Assembly: GCA_951406725.2 (NCBI GenBank)
Contig: OX597830.1
Location: forward strand, 43,834,001 to 43,898,000
DNA length: 64,000 bases
Direction: 5' to 3'
Origin: Octopus vulgaris
Lineage: Eukaryota
Shown: in pieces, positions 12,979-26,929 of the stretch
Layout: each line of letters starts with the position of its first letter
Position numbering within the stretch: position 1 is the first letter of the stretch
The notes under the pieces: generated by a model
What the model was told of the DNA's origin: nothing
The model's input: the letters and a program-made list of their open reading frames with translations, nothing else
Databases searched by the model: none
Made by a program: the position numbers and the translations under genes

Positions 12979-12980
<2 letters not shown>
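12270..12980 (+). mobile_element. CR1/L2-group LINE 3' fragment
   Basis: Degenerate LKYCCPLWSP..ISKIESPQRSFTKRI..YSLQHRRE..FKRNLDKFL. Confidence 0.75.
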
Positions 12981-13049
<69 letters not shown>

Positions 13050-13541
13050 CACACACACACATATATATATACACATATCATCATCATCATCATCATTTAA
13101 CGTCCGTTGTTCATGCTGGCATGGGTTGGACAATTTGATCAGGGCTGGCAAACCAGAAGGTTGCACCAGAGTCCAGTCTGATTTGGCATGGTTTTCTACA
13201 GCTGGATGTCCTTCCTAGCACCAACCACTCTGAGGGTGTAATGGGTGCTTTCATGTGTCACCAGCACAGAGGCCATTTGCATGACACCAGTATCTGCCAT
13301 GACTGTGGTTTTACCTGGCTCGATGTGTCTTCTTCTCAAGCACAGCATAATGCGAAATGGTCTCAGTCCTTGCCTCCATTGTGGTCCAACACTCAAAAGG
13401 TGCTTTTATGTGCCACTGGCATGGGTACCATTTACGTAACACCAGTATCTGTCAAGACTGCAATTTTACTTGGCTTGATGGGGCTTCTTATATATAAAGA
13501 TAGATGGATGAATGGATGGATGGACAAACAGATAGATAAAC

Positions 13542-13609
<68 letters not shown>

Positions 13610-13654
13610 TTCGACAGACAGACAGATAAACAGATAGATAGATAGATAGATAAC

Positions 13655-14470
13655 TTTCTTTATTGGTCACACAGGGCTGGACACAGAGGGGACAAATACA
13701 CCAAATTTTCTACATTCAGCCACCTTTTTTTGAAACTTTCACGAGACAAAACCTGCCTCTCCATTCTCACCTTCCTTTTCAAGTGGTACTTGAAAAAGTT
13801 GATGAGCGATTGACCAGAGAGGTAAGTGTTTGTCTCTAATTCTTTCACTCGAGTCCACCACACACATTCTTTCACCATAGCCATCATAGTACGATGAAAA
13901 CTGCCTTGCCTTCCTGGTTGAGGGAAAGGGGTGGTGCAACTTTCACAATAGACTTGGCTGACAGGCAGACTCGTCCCACATGTGACAGCAGCCATTCAGC
14001 ATAAGCCCACAGGTCCAAAATGGTTGGACACTGCCCGAGTGCATGCAGAATGGTTTTGCCTCTCTGACCACATCTTGGGCAAGTCGGTCCAGTGTGTCTC
14101 GAACCGTGCCTGTAGAGCTTATTCCAAACAGGTAAGGCTTCTCAATAGCACTGCCAGGCTAGAGATCTTTGGTGATTGTCCATAGGTCCCGGCCCGAAAG
14201 TTGTCCTGAACAGGTGGGTCAGGTGTTTCTCGTCAATGCCCAGATTCTGCCCGAGAACATTGTCGCACTTCCCCTCCACTAATCCTCCATAGAACACCTT
14301 TGTTGTAATGAAGTAGCACAAATTTGGTCCTGGACTGCAGAGTTACTTGAGAGCAACGTGACACTCGCGGTGCCATTCGCCTAACCTCGGTCTCTGTTTG
14401 ATCCACGACTGTAGTTCGGCCAAGGAGACGAAATGCGGGAAAGTGCATTGAACAAAAGGTGACCACACCT
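13655..14470 (-). mobile_element. L1/Tx1-clade LINE 3' fragment
   Basis: ORF remnant ..MVKECVWWTR..LINFFKYHLKRKVRMERQVLS..FKKRW, ending in AATAAAGAAA next to a (GATA)n array. Confidence 0.6.
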
Positions 14471-14799
14471 GTTCACCATCCATCCATCCAGACAGACAGA
14501 CAGGCAGGCAGGCAGGCAGACAGATAGATAGATAAGTATATATATATTTTACAGATAGATAGGAAGATGGATGGATCAATCAATTGATCGATTGACAGAC
14601 AGACGGACAGACAAACAAGCAGGCAGACAGACAGGCAGATGCAGTCATGGTTGTGTGCATCCCAACCATGTGGCTTCCTGTTCAGTTCTACTGCATGGCA
14701 CCCTGGACAAATATCTTCTATTATAGTCCTGGGCCAACCAAAGCTTCTAAGTGGATTTGGTAACGGAAAGAGAAAGAAACCTATCAAATATATACAAAT

Positions 14800-15107
14800 G
14801 TATCATCATCATCACTATCATCATCACTATCATCATCACCATCATCATCATCATCAATATCACCGTTATCATCACCACCACCATTATCATTATCATCATC
14901 ACCATCATCATTATCATCATCACCATCACCACCGCCACCACCATCATCATTATCATCATCATCACTATCATCACCACCACCGCCGCCACCACCACCATCA
15001 TCATCATCATCACCACCACCATCATCAACATCATCATCATCATCACCGTCACCACCACCATCATCATCAACATCACTATCACCATCACCGTCACCATCAT
15101 CATCGTC
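14800..15107. repeat. (CAT/CAC)n trinucleotide microsatellite
   Basis: Directly visible; produces spurious poly-His/Asp/Met ORFs. Confidence 0.95.
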
Positions 15108-15732
15108 AAACTTGTTTTCCAAGTTGACAAGAGTTGAATAGTTTGATAGGATGCAAGTCAAAGAGCTGTGATGAGCTCTAAATATCTGCTCTGGTATGGA
15201 TTCTATGCAAAGATGTCCCTCCCAATGCTGCATGCCTACATTAAATCTAGGCATGTAACATGAATAATGGAGTTGATAATAGAGAGGATTAAAAGTAAAA
15301 GCAAAACCAAAATAGTATTAGAAGTGAGAGAGGGAGTCAGTGGAGGGGAAAAAAAGAAGAAAGGAAAAAAAGGAGAAAGGATACAAAATAAAAGAATGCA
15401 TAGATAAGAGACAAGGAAGTAGGTATTACTAGTAATGTAATGATCAGAACACTACTCTTACAGATCAGCAAATACCAGAAACAGCCGTAAAGAATAGCTC
15501 ATATTCTACTCTCTCTCACTTCCCCTTATCGGTGAGGTTAGAGTATGTAATCTTCAGATATTTACATATCTATGAAGAACTATTCTGAAGGACCATTTGG
15601 ATCCTCCACTCTTTTATCTGCGATAAAAGAGCATGAATTTTCTAGATATCTTCCTATCTATGATGAACTGCTGTGAATTTTCACTTTCCTGGTTCTCAAA
15701 TGCTTTGATGTCATTAATAGCTATATATATAT

Positions 15733-16051
15733 AGTTTTCGTCACTAGAAAAAGGGTATATGTAGTTGCATTGGGATCCCTTCGCATCGAAGACCGGTGAT
15801 TGTCGTGCGCTGACGACAGGTAAATACCCAGAAACCCAGGTCTGTGCTTATCACTTCAGGTCGACGATGGGAAGAATGGCTTCCCTTTGCAAATACTAAT
15901 AGGGCACAGAAAGTGTGTCAATAGCCAGCTGGAGAAGTTGTTCTGGGACTACAAGCTACAGTAGCATCCACCCTTAGTGGTTAGCCACATTTAAGTGACA
16001 AATATACTTCACATTGTCGTGCAGCTAGTGTTTATACCTCGTTCAGAGATT

Positions 16052-16053
<2 letters not shown>
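15733..16053 (+). mobile_element. Diverged, circularly permuted single copy of the 352-bp retrozyme-like family
   Basis: Homologous to 1402-2256 (GGGAAG..CTTCCCTTTGCAAATACT, CACAGAAAGTGTGTC, CTACAGTAGCATCCACCCTTAG); degenerate hammerhead at 15796-15854; TA-flanked. Confidence 0.85.
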
Positions 16054-16088
<35 letters not shown>

Positions 16089-16122
16089 CATATATATATA
16101 TATATACAAACAATATAATATA

Positions 16123-16253
16123 TTAGCATACATTGCCTTACACACACCGAATTTAGAAATAGCAGTCAAAGAGATTATAGCTATTTCTTCTAGCTATAAT
16201 CTCTTTGACTGCTATTTCTAAATTCGGTGTGTGGTAAGGCAATTCGTTGCTAA
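16123..16253. repeat. Inverted repeat with perfect 43-bp arms (16141-16183 / 16191-16233)
   Basis: Directly visible; 7-nt spacer. Confidence 0.95.
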
Positions 16254-16686
16254 ACCCTTAATTGCTTAGTATTACTTAAATTTTCCTCGAATGAGGCTTT
16301 TACATGCCGAAGACTACTTGGTGTAATTGATAATTGTTCCAAATTAATTAATTTCACCCTTCATTGTTACTTATATATACATACATATATATACATATAT
16401 ATATCATCATCATCATCATCATCGTTTAACGTCCGTTTTCCGCGCTAGCACGGGTTGGACGGTTCGACCGGAGTCTGGGAAGCCAGGGCTGCACCAGGCT
16501 CCAGTCTGATCTGGCAGTGTTTCTACAGCTGGATGCTCTTACTAACGCCAACCACTACGCGAGTGTAGTGGGTGCTTTTTACGTGCCACCTGCACCGGTA
16601 CCGGGGGGGGGGGTCTGGCATCGGCCACGATTGGTTGGTGCTTTTAACGTGCCACCGGCATGAAAGCCAGCCAAGGCGGCGCTGAC

Positions 16687-16747
<61 letters not shown>

Positions 16748-16773
16748 CATACATACATACATACATACATACA

Positions 16774-16837
<64 letters not shown>

Positions 16838-17759
16838 TCTCTTTAGGACTTCCCATTGATAACAACTAAAGAGTAAGAAACATCGATGTCTGGAAATCTG
16901 ACAGGTGGCAGCAATGGACAAATATGGTGCTTTTACTCCTTTTTTACCATGAGAGAATTTCTTCTCCATAACTGCAGTAAATTTGCCTTTAGCAGCTGAA
17001 ATAAGTCACAAACATATTTAAACTAACATAAACTTTGCTTAAGCCTAAACAGTGCTTGGAGCTGATGTCACTGTAATTTTTATAACCTCAGCAGTCTACA
17101 GGCATAAATCAGTTGATATTGTTGACTGTATTTTAGTTAAAACCACAGCTTGATTAGGTCTACTCAGAGTTGCTTCTCTTGAGTATTACCCATTAACAAT
17201 GGCCAAAGAGCTAGAAACATTGACACCAGGTAATGTGATAAATGGTAGCATGGGATAGATATAGTGTTTTTACACTTTTTTTTTATTACCATAAGAGAGA
17301 ATTTCTTCTCCAGTGAATTTGCCTTAAGCAGCTGAAATATGTCGCAAACATATTTTAACTAACCTAAAGTTTGCGTGCGTGCGTATGTATGTATGTATGT
17401 ATGTATGTATGTATGTATGTATGTATGTACGTATGTATGTACGTACGTATGTATGTATGTACGTACGTACGTACGTACACACACACACACATATCATTAG
17501 CATTTTATAGTGTGTCTGATAATTTATTTGGCTTCTTGACTGCTTCTTTCCTCTGTTTATGCCTCTGATGACTAATGAAGCTGATTCTTGCATGGAAGCG
17601 TCAACTGACTGAAGAAAGAAGACCAGGAATGACCCGTCCTTTATTTCTCAGTCTTTCTAATTGTTGTTTTTCCTGTCCACCTTTGTATCATCTATCTGTC
17701 CATATGTTTTATTGTCCTGTATTGCGTTTTTGTCCCATTTTACATATATGTGTGTGTGT

Positions 17760-18050
17760 GTGTAGTGGTGAGCTCTAAATCCAGAGGACTTGCAAAGACT
17801 AGAAAGAAATACAGCTAGCATGATCACTTGGACGTGCAATGTAAATATACATGGACCAGGAAGGAGAGAAAAACTGAGCATAAGAGGAATCAGAAGTGGT
17901 GTCCAAGAAATAAAGCAATTCTGGAATGGACGTGGGATGAAGTAGTGAAGGCTGATCTCAAGACTTTTAACTTCACAAAGGAAATGATAAAGGACCAGGA
18001 TGACTGCAGATATCTGATTCTCAAGAAGATCCATTCATCATGGTGAAACT
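17760..18050 (+). mobile_element. RTE-type LINE 3' fragment
   Basis: WDEVVKADLKTFNFTKEMIKDQDDCRY resembles an RTE C-terminus. Confidence 0.55.
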
Positions 18051-19299
18051 GAGATTCTGTAAGCACAATGTGCATGTATGTGTGTATGTGTGTGTATGCA
18101 CAACTGTGTAGCCTGCTCAACTTCCTCTTCAATCCTTTCCCAACATCAATCACCTATCACTGACTCCATAGTGACCTTCATAACTGCACTTTTCTGCAGC
18201 TATAATTAAATAACAGCAGTACTGCATATTTTATCATCTTTTCTGTAATACCAGTTATCTTTCTCACTTGTCATCCCTCTTTCATTCTTAATACTGTTGC
18301 TCTCCACTCACATTTTACATTGATCACTCTTCTGCACTACCAAATTTTCTTTCCTTGTCAATCACCATACATCTCTCTTTCTCCCCATATACTACATCTG
18401 CCACTCCAGTCACTCTCATGCAACCTACCCTCACACACATCATCTCCCTTTCTCTTATTCTGCCCTATCTACTGTATCATTATTATTATTCTGCTGCTCT
18501 TCACCCTCTTCTTTACTGTCAGTCATCACCTTCTCTCCTCTATTTACTCAACTCATATGTATCATCAATCACCCATCAACTCTTGTCCACCATTTATGAC
18601 ATCCACCTCTCAACCTTACGGTCATCATTCACTCTTCCCTGCATTCTTTCCAATAGCAATTTATCATCAAGTACTACGCAACCCTTGTTCTTCATTATAT
18701 TCAGCTCCTCAACCATTCCTCATCTCAAACCATCCTTCATTCACTCTAACTCCCAAGTCTTCTGTGCCAACCCACTTTTATTCACCTTACTCTACAATTG
18801 AGGGTCCACTTTGATATTTCATCATCATAATTTTATCCTCTTTTTCCAACTCTACCCTAGTTACTCTCACCCACTCTTCTATAACGTAAATAACCATGAA
18901 GCTCTCCTGCAACTCCCCCTGCCAAATCTGGTCCCAACTTCTCACTTCCTAGAATAAAGCTGCCTTCCTTTTTTTTATGTTCCTTGGTCTGGGTTGCATA
19001 CAAAGCTTCAGTACAATGTAAATGCATTAGAAACCCCAAAAGTTCAATTTGGGAGACTGCAGCAGTCTAACAAGGGGAAAGAATGATGAGATCCTGAACT
19101 TGGATACAGATTACATAGAACAGACTAAAAGAGAAGAAGGGGAAACAGAGTATCAAACCATGTCACGTAGGTCACTTAAAAAAGGCAATACTTAAATTTG
19201 AACAACACAGCAACCAAACCAGATAGTAAAGAGTTCTGAAAATATTTGAAATAGAGGCCTCACTCTCCAATTAGCCTTCTTCACAATCCCCATATAACT

Positions 19300-21060
19300 T
19301 ACAGATGATCCCAGATGATCTCAAAGAATGTGCAGATCTTACTGTTGAATAGTATGTTGGCATTTTTATTAATGAAAACCCAAATGTACTATCTTCACCA
19401 CAACTGAAACCAAATTCCATAACATCAGTTGAATTTAATGCTGCAATGTCATCTCAAGCTTATATGCAACTATGCCTCCCCTGATTTTGATGGTGTTACT
19501 TATCTGCTTCTCAAATATGGCAGGCTCTTTCCACTGCACCAAGTTTCACTACTTTTCCAATTTTGGTTTAATAACTACATTTCACCAGAAAAGTGTAAGA
19601 TTGTTCCCATTCAAAAATAGTGACTGCACACCACCTGTCAATTACCATTTGATCAGTCTTAAATGCTGTATCACCAAACTGATGGATTCCTGTGTCAGGG
19701 ACTTCTGGAATTCTCATAACCTAATTTGGATTTATCCCTAACTCTTGCTACTTTTGTAAACTCATCAAATTTTTTGAAGACATCACCCAAATCACAGATG
19801 ACAGCTCATGGATGGATGTTGTATATCTTGTCCTCCCCAAAGCCTTTAATTCTGTGCCACACAAAATACTTATTGCAAAGCTCTCAGCAGTGGGGTGAAG
19901 GCTAATCTTTGTAACTGGCTGAAGTTCTGGATTCTTAACTGAGATGTGGTAGTCACAGTACTAGAACAACCTTCTGCACTTCATGCAACACCTGGTGTCC
20001 TGAAGGGATCTGTCCTCAGTCCTCTTTTATTTGTTGCATACATTAATGAAATAGACAAGGGTGGGCACCATTAATCAAAAAGTTAACATTGTAAACTGTT
20101 AATCCATAACCAAAAAGTTAACTTTGATAACTGTCAACCAGTTAATTCTTTAAAAATGTAACCAAAGTTATCAATATACCATTAACATTAATTTTCATTA
20201 TAGAAAAGGCAAAAAATCAGTTTTTGCTCTAAAACCACCTAAACATACCTTTAAAAAGGGTCAAGACTATAAAATCTGTTAACTTCAATTGACTTGAAGT
20301 TAACGGAAGTTAACTTAAGTTGACTTGAGTTAACAGAAGTTAAATGTAATGGAAATTAATTAGTCAGATAATGATTTCCAAAGTTAACTTAAAAGTTAAA
20401 TTGTTAATGTAAATGCTAACTTTGTTGATTAACAGATTAACAGTTTGGTGCCCAGATTTGAAAACAGATACCAATTTGAAGCATGCTTCTACAGTAAGAA
20501 ATGCAAATGACATTAAGCTGTAACTTGAGATAAAATAAACGGATCATACACACTATAAATCTTTCCTACAATTTGATTTAGACACAATGCAGCAATGGAT
20601 TTCTGACTGGTAACTCACAGTAGACTAGTGAACTACTATACGTTATATGAGTTAAAACTCAGAATTCACTATCCACAACACTAACATTAAGAAGTCTGTT
20701 GGTGAAAGTGACCAAGGCATTATTCTTTTCTACTCTAGGTACAAGGCCTGAAATTATGGAGAAGAGGGCCAGTCGATTAGATCATCCTCAGTATGCAACT
20801 GGTACTTAATTTATCGACCCCAAAACGATGAAAAGCAAAGTTGACCTTAGCTGAATTTGAACTCAAAACATAACGGCAGACAAAATACTGCTAAGCATTT
20901 CGCCTGGCATGCTATGTTTCTGCCAGCTCACTGCCTTGGCCAAGGCATTATTGTCAACAAGGATCTGCAATAGATGAACTACAGTTTTAAAATTGTCAAA
21001 AAGTTCAGAAGTGTCTTAGCCTTAATCACTAAAACTTTTATCCAATGTCATCTTAAGTCA
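19300..21060 (+). mobile_element. Highly decayed CR1/L2-group LINE reverse transcriptase, interrupted by a MITE and a SINE
   Basis: NYHLISLKCCITKLMD, KAFNSVPH, GVLKGSVLSPLLFVAYINEI motifs. Confidence 0.75.
20056..20460. mobile_element. hAT-type MITE with GTTAAC subterminal repeats
   Basis: Imperfect 15-bp TIRs CAAGGGTGGGCACCA / TGGTGCCCAGATTTG; degenerate 8-bp TSD GAAATAGA/AAAACAGA. Confidence 0.65.
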
Positions 21061-22035
21061 CAAGTATACTGTGCAGTTGCCCAGAAGCTTAACAGCTCAA
21101 GGGGCCTAATTCAATAAATGTTATAGTTTGCCGTCAATAAATAAAAATTACAGGGACCTAGTGCATTGATTTGTTCAGGGACTTATGATACTGTTAAGAT
21201 GGCCCTGGCTTTGTCAGCTATTCACCAGCTATTTATTTAAACTATTTATAGCTACATGTCGACATTCAAAGTTTGCATCTCCAGCATGGGACTTCCATCT
21301 TGTCCAGAATATTAATCTACTCAAAGCAGTCTAGATACATGCAACCAGATGAATACCCTTTGTCACTCATTTACCATATCTTGAACGTATTGCTTCTCGG
21401 AGCATTGACACACAAATGCTTTGATATCTAGCAGCTGACTTCGTAGAAGCCCGCAAGATTATCTGCCACATTTCCCACAACTTTGGCCAGCATTTTGAAT
21501 TCAGTACTTCTACCACTTGTGGACATGATTATATTATCAAAAAATAGGGCAGCATCCATGATTTTCAGAAACAATTTTTTCATGCTCAGAATTATTGAAG
21601 GATGAAACATTCTAACCATGTCAGTTGTTAGTTGTCGAGACATGACATTCATTGAAAATTCAATGCTTCCTGAAATTCCCCAACACTGATGAACCTATTC
21701 AATTGTTTCCTCCTTAGGATTCTTTTACTATTGTGAATGTACTTCTTAACTTCCTCTACTTGACTTCTATGCCTACTTTCTGTCCCCTCTTTTAACCATC
21801 TCTCACAAGTTGCAGTGCACTTATATATATATATATATATAAACAATTGCAGCGTGGAAGGTGTTTGTAAGCCATTTAAGAAATACACAAAAGCCGTTCG
21901 ATTCACTTCAACATTTAAGTTTAATTTGTCAATATATTTTCGTCGCTAAAATCCGCGACCTCACCTTCCACGCTGCAATTGTTTTCGTTTCAGCACAGGA
22001 TCTCAGATCAAATCACTTGCTATGCGAGTACATCT

Positions 22036-22620
<585 letters not shown>

Positions 22621-23059
22621 GTGTAAGCATGCGTGCATGTACATGAAATCCGGCATCTGATGAAAGTGTTGGTAATTGTTTCGGAGCAAGTTCCCTATTT
22701 GAAAGGAAACCTTTCGAGAATTGCTCAGAGGCAATATCAACTATCTTTATATTTAGTACCCCTATATTATTATTTATACTACTACTACTACTACTACTAC
22801 TACTATATGTTAGCGACCACCCGTAGCCTTCAACTGGTTTCTATCCAAGCAGTATAAGTAACTGCTTATCCACTCACTGGTGAAAATCCCACATTTGTAA
22901 GATCTATAATTTTTCACCCCTTCAACTGACCATTTCAACCTCAACAATACACTCGAATTGGTTTGGTGTAGGTAGAAATTACACGCGAAAATACATTCAA
23001 AATAAAAAAAGGAAAAACAGAAAGGTCTAACTACGAGAAGGGGACTAACAATTACTCAC

Positions 23060-23181
23060 GCATCTTTGTAGTGAAGTCTCGGCTCCGAGGTGTGTTGCTG
23101 CTCTATTGCGTATAAACCAGACCAGTTCTTAAGTAACTCTAGCTTTGGCATGGTGCTGTTTACATTCGCAGAACACCTCAT
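23060..23181 (-). other. Candidate first exon with short ORF (MRCSANVNSTMPKLELLKNWSGLYAIEQQHTSEPRLHYKD)
   Basis: ATG at 23181 after an in-frame stop; open to a consensus donor GC|GTGAGT at 23059; lies in CpG-retaining unique sequence; no homology recognised. Confidence 0.35.
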
Positions 23182-25021
23182 GACGATGTTGGCGTACCTC
23201 TAACATAGCTTTACCGAAATTCGTCTGTTTTTGGCTGCTCCTGTCTTACTTTCCACACAAATCTTGTTTCTTTTTTCTTTTCTTTTTTCACCTGTTTCTT
23301 ATTTAACTTGTTTTGGGAGGTGGTTAAATTTCCAGCTAACATTTTTCATTCAAATGAATTTCTTTTCCTTACTCATTTATTTGTCAGGATTGATCCCACT
23401 GGGTAATTTATGATAAGGGCCCTTGCCTTTAGCAGTCGGGGTAATCGTGATTTTTGTGGAAGTTCCCACGAGTAACCCTCAGAAGCCTTCTCCTTTTGAC
23501 GAATTTTTCTGTCCTCATATATCGTATTATATTGTTCTGTACCATCCTTGGTCTTTGTGGACACATTTAGTGGTGAATAAAGAAATCATTGTTTATTTTA
23601 TTTATTAATTTCTTTAGATAGATACAAGAGAGCAATTTGATAGCTAAAAAGAAGAAAAAGATTGCATAACATCCATGCCTTTCTCAAGGACAACAGCTGA
23701 AATAGCTGGAACTATGAATCGAAACCAAATCTCAATAGTTTATTTTTTCAAGTTAACTTACACTCGTTGTTAGTTGTCTTTCATTAACCATTGTGTAGAA
23801 ATATTGCCCTTTTACTTAACTCCAGAGGGAGCAGTGGTTTATATAATTATTGCTAACCACGGTATTTATGTTGTTTCATTAAACTTCTGAAAGACCATTG
23901 AAATTAATTACAATTCTATAAACAACTAACTAGAATATATTCTGAAAAATTGGCTAAACTCTGCTGTTGTTTAGTTCCAGATCATATCAGATATAATATA
24001 CTCAAAGACATTACAGCCTCAACTACCCCTGTCTATTTTTCCTTTTCTTTTTTTATCTTTTTTTTTTTTTTTTTTCAGAAATGATATATTTATGATTACA
24101 TTATCAACTGTCCTTCCCTTTTTGAAAGAGTAGATTGTAATATGAGAAAAATTTGGTTGATATTTCTAGCAGATTGACTAACGATGTTACAGGCTCCTCT
24201 GTTGGCTTGTCTTTCTCATCTGTTTAGTTGGTGGTTGAGATAGAAAAAAAAAAAAAGGTAGAGTGGAGCAACTTAATTGTCAAAATTGGTTCCGGCTGCT
24301 TTAGATTTGTTTATCTGAGAGAGGGAAAAGCGAGAGAAATAGCTCCTCAGAACCAACTAGCAGAAACAAATATCTAAGCTGTGGTTCTTCATAGACTATG
24401 TGATTCAGTTCATTATATGTCAGACCTGGTCTATTTCCGTACAAGTCAATAGTGAAGCTACTTCCAGGCTAGGGTAGATATTTAAAAGAATGGTACCATT
24501 CTGATACTAATTCACACATTTTGTCTATTTGGTAATAACTTAGAAATCGTTTTTTGATTTCTTTTTTCCTATCCGAAAAATCATTTTCCATAACGATTAG
24601 CAAAATATGAACACTGTTATAAAAATCGTTTGTCTTTATTGCCAAATCTCTAATGGTAAGAATAACGGTATGGTACCAACTTCGCTACTCGCTGAAATTT
24701 ATCTTTCTGCACAGATGTTTGTCTACCACCAATAAGTTGCAAAACTTCGGGGACTGTTATCCTTTATTTCTTTTTCTTTTTCTTTTTAGAGGGAGAGAGG
24801 GGAATAATGATTAGAACGATGAGTCTTTGGTTACAGAAACAAATTGTTTTGTGGTGTTACTAAGGTGGGTCGTTGCCTTGTAAGTGTTTTTCGTTCGGTA
24901 TAATGAACAGATTCGCAAAATTTCATAATCAGAATGCACATGTTACCAGAACTCTAATATATTCCACAAGTCTTTCTTTAAGTTAATTGGCAAATAGTTG
25001 AATATTGTTGCAGAGCAACCC

Positions 25022-25073
<52 letters not shown>

Positions 25074-25263
25074 ACTGCTGTTTGTCAGAAAAGATCGTTC
25101 CTATATTGTTGCATTTTAGGCCATTTAAAACACTTCGTGGAATTCACTGATTTCCTTTCTTTTTCTTTTCTTTTCTTCCTTTTTTTTTAATGGTATCAAA
25201 AGTTTTCAGTGTACATCTTCAAGATGTTCTCAGCTATTTTACTGCGCGCGCGCACACACATAT

Positions 25264-25295
<32 letters not shown>

Positions 25296-26929
25296 CCACG
25301 TCTCTGTGTGTGCACCTACTTATGAAATTCATTCACATTTTTCATATACATACATGTGCGCTTTGTTTTTATTTTTGTTTTTTGTTTTTATTTTTGTTCG
25401 TTGATTCTTGGATTAATACCCCGCCCAGTGAATACTTGTTTTGTAGCAGATACCCTATCTGATCCATATGGTTTATCTACTTGGACGTCAACAATGGCTT
25501 AAATACAATAAATATTCTGATGCGGATTAGTTGTGATTAGTTACAAGATCAAGCTATTAAAGTGAATTGCGTTACGCTTCGGGACTGCATGTTACTTTGG
25601 GGATGGAGTTAGACGGTAGTTTAAGATTTTAACTTATAAAGAATCGCATTGACTATACTATTACTGAGTAAATTAGAGCCAACCTCTTGGTAACCCTCGT
25701 GTGTGTGTGTGTGTGTTCCGAAATGAGATGGACACATACACTTCATTTTTAAGGGCTCCGCATAAGCTATAAGATGTTGCAGACAGTCAGCTTTGAGTAC
25801 TCTGTTTCTTATAGAGCAAACTGTTATAAGCTAATGAAGTTGAGTATTACGTAATTCTTATTCATTTGCCATTCAGTGACAGACAGACAGATGTACAAAC
25901 ATACATTGTCGTCTAAGAATCCATAAGTTAGAAAAAATATAGGTATATATTTGTGAATAGAGTAGGTATGCGTGCATGCCTATGTATGTGTATGTATACT
26001 GACAAAATTTTCATTTTAAGCCAATATCTGGCATAATCTGCTGGTTTTCAAAAATTTTGTTGCAGCGTTTTATGAAACTGAAATGGCAGCCTTATCAAAA
26101 ATGAGAAAATTTTTTTAAAATCAATAAAGAGTTAGGAAAAATTATCGTAATAATTTTTGTGAGGCAGAGAAAAAGCATCTGGGACATTCAAGCTGTTAAT
26201 GGCAAAGATGAAAGTGATATGGCTCCGGATAGAATTAGCAGAAGCTGCGATTTTCTAGTTATATGCTAGCTCCTCCTCAACTCCTGCTTTTTAAGTCATA
26301 TAAATATTAATTATATCTGCTTTTTCAGGATTGCCATCTTAATCATGAGAAAGAGGCTTGTATTTGAGGTTTCGTCGTTGACTCTTATATTTTTAAACCT
26401 GATGTAGTCAAAAGAGAGGTTCTAGATATCAAGTGGAGCAGAAGGAAGATTATAATATGAAGCTGCTAAGTACCACACCAGCACTCTCACCACCACCACC
26501 ACAGTTGTTTTAAACTTTGTAGCAATCGAACGAATGAGAGAGCTTCTTTACAGATGCCAAACCTGCTAAACAGCAACCAAATAACCCACAAACCACAGTC
26601 TAATGCCTTTAAGAATAGAATCTATTGGATAACGATTGTCTCTGACAAAAGACCGAATGATCACAACTTGAAAACTTTTGATCATGAAATCATTTGCTCA
26701 ATTGCACGAAATTTACTTAGGAGGTGCAAGCTCAGGTCCATAATTTTTTACAAACAAGGCCAATTTTTTCAATCTTGATATCAAAATAAAAACAAATATA
26801 ATAATAATTTTCATTATTATAAATGGGAAAGTAATGCTTCAAATCATTCCAAAAAGTTTTCTATGCTCACTTGTTTTGGTGATGAAGTTTTTCAAGAGAA
26901 TGTCCAAAGTGTTTGCATTGCACAAGTTT

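Noticed and set aside
14639-15254. Poly-His / poly-Asp-Gly ORFs as metal-binding proteins
   Set aside because: Trinucleotide microsatellite following a SINE; open in many frames
21428-21906. Minus-strand ORFs as exons of a host gene
   Set aside because: Interrupted by stops and frameshifts; more likely a decayed element; family not identified
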